Shown: piece after piece, positions 26,201 to 33,608 of the stretch
Layout: each line of letters starts with the position of its first letter
Numbering within the stretch: the first letter of the stretch is position 1
Position numbers and translations under genes: made by a program
The notes under the pieces: model-generated
What the model saw: only the letters and a program-made list of their open reading frames with translations
Told to the model about the DNA's origin: nothing
Databases searched by the model: none
Virus record (IMG/VR): IMGVR_UViG_3300043443_000158
Span: 1-33,608 of that record
Length of the DNA stretch: 33,608 nucleotides
Strand: one strand, 5' to 3'
Origin: a virus
Lineage: Duplodnaviria; Caudoviricetes

Positions 26201-27027
26201 TACTTTAATTTAATTGGTGCTCTTGATGGAGTCTTTTTTGCAGCATTTTGTGCAATTACTTTCTTTGCCCATGCTGGCATCTGATCTGGAGTAGTCTTTT
26301 TAGCTACAGGTTTTCCTGGAGGCTGAATAGGTGCTCTATTTATGGGTGCTTTAGCTGGAGCAGTTTTAGGGATCATCATGTTAGCCCTAGTTGGACCGTA
26401 TGTAGATCCAGCTACTGGTCTCATAGCATTCTCTTTCTGTGCTGCATCCCACTGTGAGGGGCTGTAGTTCCAAGTCTGTGAAGAAGCTGTACTTGTTGTC
26501 TTAGCTGCAGGTTTTACAGAAGAGGTAGTTGCTGCCTTAGGAGCAGATGACATTGTCTTAGACTTAATGTAAGACTCGTAAGCCTTCTGTGTTTCAGCAC
26601 CCCAAGCACCATCAGCTACAATATTATATCCCTTACTACGAAGCATTTCTTGGTAAGCTTTTACTTTAGGAGATGCACCTTTAACAGTAGTAGACTCTAG
26701 ATTATTCAAAGTAGTCTTAGCTGCTAAGTTAAGTGGGTCTATAGCTTTTACTTTTGGAAGAGTATCCATCTCCATACCATCTTCTCCCTTACGCATTCCT
26801 GCAAGTGTCTTAGCCAAGTTAGCTCTTTTTACTGTAGTAGAAGAGTAAGCGCCTTTATTGCTTAGTACTTTGTCACGGAAAGCAGGTACAGACATTCCAG
26901 CTTTTTTAGCTTGTGCTGTGAAAGAGCCTGGTTTCTTAATAGCAGACTGAATCCATTTACCTCCTGATTTCATTTTCTTACCACCGCAACTCATGCAAGT
27001 TGAGTAAGAATTCTTTAAGCGATTCAT
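26200..27027 (-). CDS. Basic modular protein (275 aa) with peptidoglycan-binding domain
   Basis: KVKAYQEMLRSKGYNIVADGAWGAETQKAY fits the PG_binding_1 pattern (V..LQ..L...GY....DG.FG..T..A). N-terminal KWIQSAIKKPG basic module, P/A/K/T-rich tail, no catalytic domain seen. Confidence 0.75.
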   Translation of the reverse strand: MNRLKNSYSTCMSCGGKKMKSGGKWIQSAIKKPGSFTAQAKKAGMSVPAFRDKVLSNKGAYSSTTVKRANLAKTLAGMRKGEDGMEMDTLPKVKAIDPLNLAAKTTLNNLESTTVKGASPKVKAYQEMLRSKGYNIVADGAWGAETQKAYESYIKSKTMSSAPKAATTSSVKPAAKTTSTASSQTWNYSPSQWDAAQKENAMRPVAGSTYGPTRANMMIPKTAPAKAPINRAPIQPPGKPVAKKTTPDQMPAWAKKVIAQNAAKKTPSRAPIKLK

Positions 27028-27042
27028 ATAGTTTTATTTAGT

Positions 27043-27423
27043 TTAAGTTAGTGTAAGTTGATACAAAGTGCTAGTAATCAAACTAATTACTTCGTCAATT
27101 GAGTTTTGTAAGTGAGTATTCTCCATACCGAATACTCCACGATGTTTCATCATGTAGTCTTTCATGTAGATCAAGTGAGTTTTTGCATTCATATACTCGG
27201 ATGCAGGAATTTTAAAGTTAAGTCTTTTACCTATTGTACCGAAGTAAGACTCTACGATATCATCAGTTAAGCCAATGATCTCAGTGTAGTAGCCGTCTAA
27301 TGCTTTGTGCTCACTAAAAGAAGTGGTCTGCAAGTGTGCAATGTGGATGATGTCACGAGATTGGAACAACTGTCCAATTACTATCTCGGGTTTGACTGTA
27401 GTGAAAAGTTCTTTTTCTTTCAT
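27043..27423 (-). CDS. Ferritin/Dps-like four-helix protein (DUF5856-like)
   Basis: HIAHLQTTSFSEHKALDGYY...TDDIVESYFG and LQNSIDEVISLITSTLYQL resemble Dps-type metal-ligand spacing (H..H, H...D..Y, D...E). Confidence 0.75.
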   Translation of the reverse strand: MKEKELFTTVKPEIVIGQLFQSRDIIHIAHLQTTSFSEHKALDGYYTEIIGLTDDIVESYFGTIGKRLNFKIPASEYMNAKTHLIYMKDYMMKHRGVFGMENTHLQNSIDEVISLITSTLYQLTLT

Positions 27424-27427
27424 GGTA

Positions 27428-30400
27428 TTATGGGTTGGTTTGAGTTATTTGGATTGTATTTATAAACTTGAATCTAGAGTACTGATCTTGAATCAATCTT
27501 ACTTTAGCAAAGTCTGACTTAATCTTAGACTTCTGGTAAGATACAGATACAGGTCTTACACTCTTAGTGTTTGGTACTTTATCTATAGGATACTGACTTA
27601 CTAAGTCACTCCACTCAGTAGACCAAAGTGGTTGGCCATTTCCTTGCGCTGCAACGTTCCAAAATCCATTAAAGGCATACAAGTGTTCTCTACGAGAGAT
27701 AAGCGCTTCTATGCCCGTTGCTGTCATTCTAGGATAGGTAATCTTCTGTCTAGTGTTACCAAACTCTTCAGGAATCAACTTAATGATGCCAGAAGACTGT
27801 TCTTTGTTATAAATAATCGCCTTAGTAAAGTTTGCTAGGTTCTTTTTATTTGCAGTAGACAAAGAATAATACTCATAGTCAGAATAGTATTCTTGGATGT
27901 CTTGCATCAAAGTAACAGAGTTAACTGTAGATACTTGAGGGAATGAGTTTACATTATACTCTAGGATGTAAGGATAAAGTCTATTGTAGTAAGTCTGGTA
28001 AGTATAAATAGACAAGTTATGGTTCCAAGTAGATGCTCCTGTAGAAGTATTAATTAAAGTTTGGAAATGACCTAGTAAAGGAACAAAGAAGTTTGGAAGG
28101 AATGAATAGAAAGAAATAAAGTTCTTCAACTTAGGCGAGTACGCAACTGTCCAAGACTTATTCTCAAAGTAAGTAGGATCTCCAAAAGTAATAGTTACTT
28201 GAGTGTTACCTGACTCTAATACATACTTACGATAATTAGTGTCTGAAGTATCTGTAATATATTTAATTACAGAAGGACTTCCCTCACGATATTGAGGTTT
28301 AACTCTGTAGTCAAGTTTGGTAATAAAAACCCTCTCGTATCTTTCATCCCAACCCATTACAATACCTAATCCAATAGCAGGATTGTCTATGTCTGCATTT
28401 GGAATATCTTTGAGAATCTGGAAAGGTAAGTTTTGTTTAAACCAGTTGTAGTTGTTTTCTGTTTTAATCTCGTTAAACCCATCTCCTGTAATCTGATAGA
28501 TGTGACCACGCTTAGCGTCTACCCAGAATGTTCCATACTCACACTTAACGTAAGCTTTGTGTTGAGTTCCGATATAACCTAGATCACTCTTAGCAAGATC
28601 AACAGGCTTCTGCTTAAACATTTCTGCATTACCAATCTCCAACTGATAAGGAGAGGTAGTGCTAAGGGTAATACGAGAGTTGTATACTTTAGTAGTATTC
28701 TCGAATCTAGCATACACTCTTTCGTTTTCTCCTGCATTCAAATCAACTAGACGACCACCTTGCTTAGGGAAATCGTAGAAGTTTCCTGGACGGAATACTC
28801 TCCAAGCATCTGAAAGATAGTTAGAAGAATTAGCAGGATCAGAATAGATTACACGGTTATGGTGAATAGAAAGACACTCTAAAGAAGGATACTTTAATCT
28901 GTAGGGAAGATTAGGACTTAAGTTCTGTGCAGAGTAAGTAGCATTATAGTGATAGAAGTTGTCAAACTTGATAGGTACGTTAACTTCATGCAACCATTCA
29001 TCTGGAATACCATCTCCTACATTAGGATAGAAGTTCTCTTCTAAGTCGTTTCTTCCATGACGTAGATCTACGTTGATGTCTGACTCTACATAGAATACTG
29101 GAATACCGTAAGACGCTGTATAGAAGAATCCTTCTCTATCTACATCTGCAGTACTATTTGCTGCGTCAAGATTAATTTTTGGAATATAATCATTTAGTAT
29201 AGAAGAGAAGGCAGTTACAAAAGCAACATTACCTGCAAGATCTGCAAGTGCTGCTGCTTGTGATCCTAAGTTAAGAAACTGAGGAGCCTTCTTTGCTGTT
29301 ATAGCTAATCCTAAAGCAGTCAGAGATCCTACTATATCTCCTGCAGTAATAGACTCAGAAGAGTTACCTGCATAGTACGTAGGATACCCTAGGTTAGGAT
29401 ACAACCAGTAGTCAAAAGGAACGTTATCTACTTTAGCTGGTAAGTTAGCAAGGTTACGAGTAAAGAAAGAATGCTTACGTTTAAGTGCAAACTGGTTGAT
29501 ATAAGTATCTCCTCCAAAAGCAGGATAGAAGGTTCTCTCTACTTTTAAGTATCCAGAATCGTCTACACTTACATCAGCACTGTATCCAGTAGAAACATAT
29601 TTAATATTTTCTATAGGACCATACTGATTGGGGAAGTTTCTCTTAATAGAAGAATAGTAAGCTCTAGTATTTGATTCTACAATCTTAGACGGATTATCTT
29701 CTAATCCTGCTTGAGAGATTGTAAATCTTGTTGTATCTCTAATTAAAGGGAAGTTGTTTTCTAGAGGCTCGTTTGTTTTTAGATAAACAGAAGTTTCTCT
29801 GAGTCTATTGTGTAGAGGAAAATCATCATTTAACTCAACTATTTTATCATTAGCATAGAGTCCAATATCTAATACTCTTCGTTTGTTTCCTGTATTGGGA
29901 ATAGACTCATACTTAGTATAATTTCCTACAGAATTATATTGCCATGCCAACTCTCTATAAGAAAGAGACTTTTCAATCAAGTCTTTCATAATAGAGGTGT
30001 TAGTAATAATCTCTGTTACTCTACCTTCAAAGGTAGATCTAGAACCTGCTGTAGCACTGGTGTCTGACTCAGCACTTGTAACGTAAGATAAAATAGTACC
30101 AATTGACGTAGATAAAAGATTAGCCCCCTTACCAATAATTTTGTATTTAGGGTGATCTAGTACAGGAACAAAGTGACCCTTTACAATTCCATATTCTAGA
30201 GTTTCTAGTTTAAGTTCTGTGCCAATCTTAGGATATTGGAAGTGAGTATCAGGCGAATGGAAAGTAAATCTTTCTGTTCCATATAAAACAGGATTTACAA
30301 ATCCACTGTGCATAGGGAAGTCAAACTCTCCTCTGTCTCCTTGGTCGTAAAACTTAGAATCTGTTTTAATGAAAGCATCAGGCCCTCTATCATTATAGGG

Positions 30401-32518
30401 ATAGTTAGGATAGTAGTAATTCTTACCCGTGTTCTCGTCATGAAAGGTTCCTACGTCATATACAAGTCCCTTAGCAATAACTGATTTATTATTTACACGG
30501 TTACCTCTTACTAACTCATAACCACAGATAAGCTCACTAACAGGAATCTGATGATTACCATAAGTATTTAATGGATCGTAAACAGTGGTGTTGTTTACTA
30601 TATTCTCAAATATTGTTTCTTGTACACGTACACCTATAGGATAGATGATTGCTTCATCATTCTTATGGATGTGTGTAATAGCACTATCGGGAAACTTGTG
30701 GTGTCTAATAGGTTGACCTGCTAAGTCTCCCCACACTTCCTCGTAACAAGGATAAGTTTCAGTAGATTCCCAATAAGCAAACTGTCCTGCTTCTCCTGGT
30801 ATGATAGCACAAGAGTATTGTTCTTCTTGTTTGTTTGCAGGATTCTCAGAGTACATTAAGCCCTTAGACCCTGTGTTGTATACTTGCCAACGTAAGGACT
30901 GTTCTTCTGCTATACAATCGTTAACAATATGAAATACATCTTTGTTAGCAGGATCCATAGGATCAAGGTCTGTACTATTAGCAAGTCTTCCAGGAATATG
31001 GAATACGTCTGTGTACTTACCGTTCTTTAGTTTAAACTTAATACCAAAAGGATAAACCTCATCTCTCTGATAAGTTCTAAAGAAATAAGCAACTTCTGGA
31101 TTAGAGTAATCAAACTTCTTATCTACTGGCATCTGTACAGTCTCCCATCTAAGTTGGATCTGGTTTGCAATAGGTTGGAAGTTGTACTTAGGAGTCTCTA
31201 CCAAATCAGCCAGAATTAAGATGTCATTCTGTTTCTCAATAATCTCAGCGTGCTCGTAGTGAGGACTACGAACCAAAGGAGTTATTGAAGAAAAAGTAGA
31301 AGAGTAATCTCCTGTATAAACTAAAGAGTCTGTTAAGCTAGATTGATTTACTCTATAAGTACCTACCAGATGGTATGTAGTTACTTCGTTAATGTTCTCA
31401 GCAACAGTTAAATTAAAGTAATCAAAGATCGCAGTCTTATGATTAATAGAAACTCTAATGGATTTAGAAGTCTCGTACTCAGTTTGTTCAGTAATAGCTC
31501 TTTCAAAAATTGGAATAGGATTACAGAAATCAATATAATCTGTAAGTTCTTTACCATTTTCATCTGCATAAGCTACTGAGAAAGAGTATACGCCACCTTT
31601 AAGTCTTCCTCCTGAATCTACAGACGTAGGATATACTTCAGGTTGACAGAAGTCTGGGAATAGTTTTAAGCGCTCACAAGCGTTTGAAAGAGATGTGATG
31701 AGCTCACCACATTGATCTCTACCCAAAGGTTCTTCTAATGAGAAATAACGAGGTTGTATGTTGCGAGCAACAAAGTATACTTTAGTTTCACAATTGTCTA
31801 TTCGATACTCTGCGTATACAGGAAAGTCTACAGATAACTTTAAACAGCATCCTCCTCCTGGTTCACAGGGAGTTTCTCCTCCTTCATATACTTCACTAAT
31901 AATTCTTACGTTAGGTGGTAACACATACTCACCTTTACGAGCTAAAAAAAAACCTAAACCAAAAAAAGTCTGACTCTGTTCTTGACCACTACAATCTGTC
32001 CAGTTAACTGTATAAGCCTGATTCGACTCTCCTGTATCCTCAACCGATTCTACTGAGTAAAAATAACATCCACCTGTTTCTTGGCAACATTCATCTACAA
32101 TTAAAGGAGTAAATGTGCAGCAAGTGTCTGCACTAACTCCTATTTCAGAACCTACTGTACTAGTAACTACTGTACCAGATACACAACCACAATCTTTTTC
32201 AGACTCTGTTAAAGTAGTACAATCTTTATCTAAATTAGTAATCTCACCAATGATAGATTTTCCATTAGGATGGGCTAAGAAAACAATAAGCTTAGATTGT
32301 TCTAGAATACTAAGATTACCTACAATCTTATAACCTGGGTACTGAGTAGTAAAATCGTAACAGATCTGATTAGAAGGCTCATTAGTATATGTGGTAGAGT
32401 TACCATCATGAGACTGCACGTTTGCATTCAAGGCATACGTAATCATGTTCTCCTTGATCTGGTAATTAACCGAATCAAGGTTTAAACCTGCTATGTTCTG
32501 ATTGATTTTATTTTCCAT
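27428..32518 (-). CDS. Tail stabilisation / muzzle protein (crAss-like, P22 gp10-like)
   Basis: GLNLD...YALNA...NEPSN N-terminus, RTYQRDEVYPFGI.F...G....FHIPGR, FTFHSPD, FGGDTYI and SWTVAYS....FISFYSFLP motifs. Lies directly after the ring protein. Confidence 0.8.
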   Translation of the reverse strand: MENKINQNIAGLNLDSVNYQIKENMITYALNANVQSHDGNSTTYTNEPSNQICYDFTTQYPGYKIVGNLSILEQSKLIVFLAHPNGKSIIGEITNLDKDCTTLTESEKDCGCVSGTVVTSTVGSEIGVSADTCCTFTPLIVDECCQETGGCYFYSVESVEDTGESNQAYTVNWTDCSGQEQSQTFFGLGFFLARKGEYVLPPNVRIISEVYEGGETPCEPGGGCCLKLSVDFPVYAEYRIDNCETKVYFVARNIQPRYFSLEEPLGRDQCGELITSLSNACERLKLFPDFCQPEVYPTSVDSGGRLKGGVYSFSVAYADENGKELTDYIDFCNPIPIFERAITEQTEYETSKSIRVSINHKTAIFDYFNLTVAENINEVTTYHLVGTYRVNQSSLTDSLVYTGDYSSTFSSITPLVRSPHYEHAEIIEKQNDILILADLVETPKYNFQPIANQIQLRWETVQMPVDKKFDYSNPEVAYFFRTYQRDEVYPFGIKFKLKNGKYTDVFHIPGRLANSTDLDPMDPANKDVFHIVNDCIAEEQSLRWQVYNTGSKGLMYSENPANKQEEQYSCAIIPGEAGQFAYWESTETYPCYEEVWGDLAGQPIRHHKFPDSAITHIHKNDEAIIYPIGVRVQETIFENIVNNTTVYDPLNTYGNHQIPVSELICGYELVRGNRVNNKSVIAKGLVYDVGTFHDENTGKNYYYPNYPYNDRGPDAFIKTDSKFYDQGDRGEFDFPMHSGFVNPVLYGTERFTFHSPDTHFQYPKIGTELKLETLEYGIVKGHFVPVLDHPKYKIIGKGANLLSTSIGTILSYVTSAESDTSATAGSRSTFEGRVTEIITNTSIMKDLIEKSLSYRELAWQYNSVGNYTKYESIPNTGNKRRVLDIGLYANDKIVELNDDFPLHNRLRETSVYLKTNEPLENNFPLIRDTTRFTISQAGLEDNPSKIVESNTRAYYSSIKRNFPNQYGPIENIKYVSTGYSADVSVDDSGYLKVERTFYPAFGGDTYINQFALKRKHSFFTRNLANLPAKVDNVPFDYWLYPNLGYPTYYAGNSSESITAGDIVGSLTALGLAITAKKAPQFLNLGSQAAALADLAGNVAFVTAFSSILNDYIPKINLDAANSTADVDREGFFYTASYGIPVFYVESDINVDLRHGRNDLEENFYPNVGDGIPDEWLHEVNVPIKFDNFYHYNATYSAQNLSPNLPYRLKYPSLECLSIHHNRVIYSDPANSSNYLSDAWRVFRPGNFYDFPKQGGRLVDLNAGENERVYARFENTTKVYNSRITLSTTSPYQLEIGNAEMFKQKPVDLAKSDLGYIGTQHKAYVKCEYGTFWVDAKRGHIYQITGDGFNEIKTENNYNWFKQNLPFQILKDIPNADIDNPAIGLGIVMGWDERYERVFITKLDYRVKPQYREGSPSVIKYITDTSDTNYRKYVLESGNTQVTITFGDPTYFENKSWTVAYSPKLKNFISFYSFLPNFFVPLLGHFQTLINTSTGASTWNHNLSIYTYQTYYNRLYPYILEYNVNSFPQVSTVNSVTLMQDIQEYYSDYEYYSLSTANKKNLANFTKAIIYNKEQSSGIIKLIPEEFGNTRQKITYPRMTATGIEALISRREHLYAFNGFWNVAAQGNGQPLWSTEWSDLVSQYPIDKVPNTKSVRPVSVSYQKSKIKSDFAKVRLIQDQYSRFKFINTIQITQTNP

Positions 32519-32523
32519 TAAAC

Positions 32524-33366
32524 TTAGGAGATATAGAACTTATTAAAGCGAGTTCTGGTTCTAGCTACGTTATCTGCCATTTGTTGCTTACTATAAGTCA
32601 ACAAGAAGCCGTTAGCAGCTTGTAGTTTATTTAGTTGATCTTGTCTGTAGTACTGAAACTTGGCTTCTACTTGTCGTTGACTCTCGTCAACTACTGAATG
32701 CCAAAGTTGCTCAAAAAATTTAAACTTAAGATAAGACTTGATATACTCTTCAACCTCAAGAATTTCTGGCACCATAGGTAAGTTATCATCGTCCATTGGA
32801 CGTGAGTAATATCTAAGGTACACACAACCTGTTTCAAACGTAGCAGTAATGCTTTTATTTGGGAAAATTTGTAAAACATCAGGAGAGGAAACACTTAAGT
32901 TCTCACATCCTTCTGTACAAAGGGCTTTAGAGCCATGGTACACACGAAGCATCTTAGGGTGCTTCATAGTAAGTTTAAATCCAGGAGTAGGTACACTGAT
33001 AGTCTCGTAGTAGTTTTCTTGCTTAGCGCAATCTCCTGCATCACAACCTCCTGTGCATTCGAGGTTTTGCCACCAGTACCCCTTCATGGAATTAACTCCT
33101 GCATACCACTCTACATCTGCATCATACAACAAGGCATGATCAAGTAAAGCAAAGTCACAAGGTAGTTCAGATTTATATCCAGAGAATGTAAGTACAGCTT
33201 CTTCAGGCTTAAGCACCATAACTCTAAGTTTACGGAGTGCCTGGTCTATAAAGGTGGGGATCAAAACCTCACTGATAGCACCAGCTTCAAAGTACGACTT
33301 AAGCTCCTGCTTAACTTCAGCAATTAGAGGTTCAGAAGAGATAAAGTTAGTGTTATCGTATTTCAT
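32524..33366 (-). CDS. Tail tubular / ring protein (crAss-like, P22 gp4-like)
   Basis: FIDQALRKL, YKSELPCDF and TFETGCVYLRYYSRPMDDDNLPMVPE...EEYIKSYLKFK pattern, plus synteny between the IHF-like gene and the tail stabiliser. Confidence 0.78.
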   Translation of the reverse strand: MKYDNTNFISSEPLIAEVKQELKSYFEAGAISEVLIPTFIDQALRKLRVMVLKPEEAVLTFSGYKSELPCDFALLDHALLYDADVEWYAGVNSMKGYWWQNLECTGGCDAGDCAKQENYYETISVPTPGFKLTMKHPKMLRVYHGSKALCTEGCENLSVSSPDVLQIFPNKSITATFETGCVYLRYYSRPMDDDNLPMVPEILEVEEYIKSYLKFKFFEQLWHSVVDESQRQVEAKFQYYRQDQLNKLQAANGFLLTYSKQQMADNVARTRTRFNKFYIS

Positions 33367-33370
33367 TGTT

Positions 33371-33608
33371 TTAGTATTGGGGAGGTGGTGAAATGTTTAT
33401 TTTGTTATTATTAATTGCGTCTGACAATGCCTTCTTATGTTTGTTAGACATTCTTAGATCGTAGAAACCAAATTGTACTACTCGTTTAGAATATGGATAC
33501 AAGTGAAACTTATAGATGGCACCATCGGTATGTGAGTTTCTATAAGGCACTTTGATACCCGTCTCTTTATAGTACTTCCAATTAATAATTGTATGTTTAC
33601 CTTCTTTA
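33371..33608 (-). CDS. C-terminal part of crAss-like IHF/HU-related protein (5' end outside window)
   Basis: Own translation of 33607-33371: KEGKHTIINWKYYKETGIKVPYRNSHTDGAIYKFHLYPYSKRVVQFGFYDLRMSNKHKKALSDAINNNKINISPPPQY*. The I[DN]W......G..V...N.HT.G..Y pattern resembles the conserved IHF-like gene beside crAss-like tail genes. Confidence 0.6.
   Translation of the reverse strand, partial: KEGKHTIINWKYYKETGIKVPYRNSHTDGAIYKFHLYPYSKRVVQFGFYDLRMSNKHKKALSDAINNNKINISPPPQY

Larger units (their letters stand above)
1..33608 (-). mobile_element. crAss-like bacteriophage genome segment: tail, cargo/ejection protein, virion RNAP and lysis module
   Basis: All credible genes are co-oriented and tightly packed. 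The order IHF-like, tail ring, tail stabiliser, cargo, three giant proteins including a DFDID RNA polymerase matches the known layout of crAss-like phages (phi14:2, crAss001). No host housekeeping genes or integration features are visible. Confidence 0.92.

Noticed and set aside
26200-27027. Calling the 275-aa protein an endolysin
   Set aside because: Only a binding domain is visible; no amidase, muramidase or peptidase motif, and it is not next to the holin.
2239-33147. All plus-strand ORFs in the track (60-140 aa) and the nested minus-strand 67-aa ORF at 32691-32894
   Set aside because: They lie inside long genes, mostly antisense, and have S/L/I/F/C-rich shadow composition with no recognisable motifs.
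352-33366. Stop-codon reassignment as in some crAss-like phages (no gene here ends in TAG)
   Set aside because: All genes are full length and tightly packed under the standard code. Stops are TAA or TGA and no gene is broken by in-frame TAG or TGA, so there is no positive evidence.
1-33608. CRISPR arrays, tRNAs, introns/inteins, DGR repeats, integrase or att sites
   Set aside because: None seen by eye. Intergenic gaps are under about 100 nt, and no intein or homing endonuclease motifs were recognised in the giant ORFs. A covariance-model scan was not run.

Overview
The whole window is one minus-strand late/virion module of a crAss-like (Crassvirales-related) phage with a probable Bacteroidota host. 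Host evidence is TAnnTTTG promoters and AT-rich leaders without Shine-Dalgarno sequences. Gene order in the direction of transcription: IHF-like gene (partial), tail ring protein (280 aa), tail stabilisation/muzzle protein (1696 aa), ferritin/Dps-like protein, four small basic or modular proteins (one is a 52-aa ORF missing from the ORF track), two cargo-like proteins (767 and 554 aa), three giant ejection-type proteins (1966 aa; 2585 aa virion RNA polymerase with GSDFDIDK and an HExxH zincin; 1934 aa with an HExxH zincin), a 112-aa protein and a holin (partial, not in the track). Main observations: (1) the three giant proteins hold only 4 Cys in 6485 residues, all at the termini that face each other in gene order, suggesting a head-to-tail linked cargo chain; (2) the small proteins are strings of unrelated modules punctuated by a shared [MF]xxGG / AxxG motif, possibly a packaging or cleavage tag; (3) one such module looks like a signal-less outer-membrane beta-barrel; (4) two hairpins carry a stop codon in the loop and overlap the next promoter, and a terminator-like hairpin lies inside the holin gene. 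Family assignments come from motif recall and synteny; no database searches were run.
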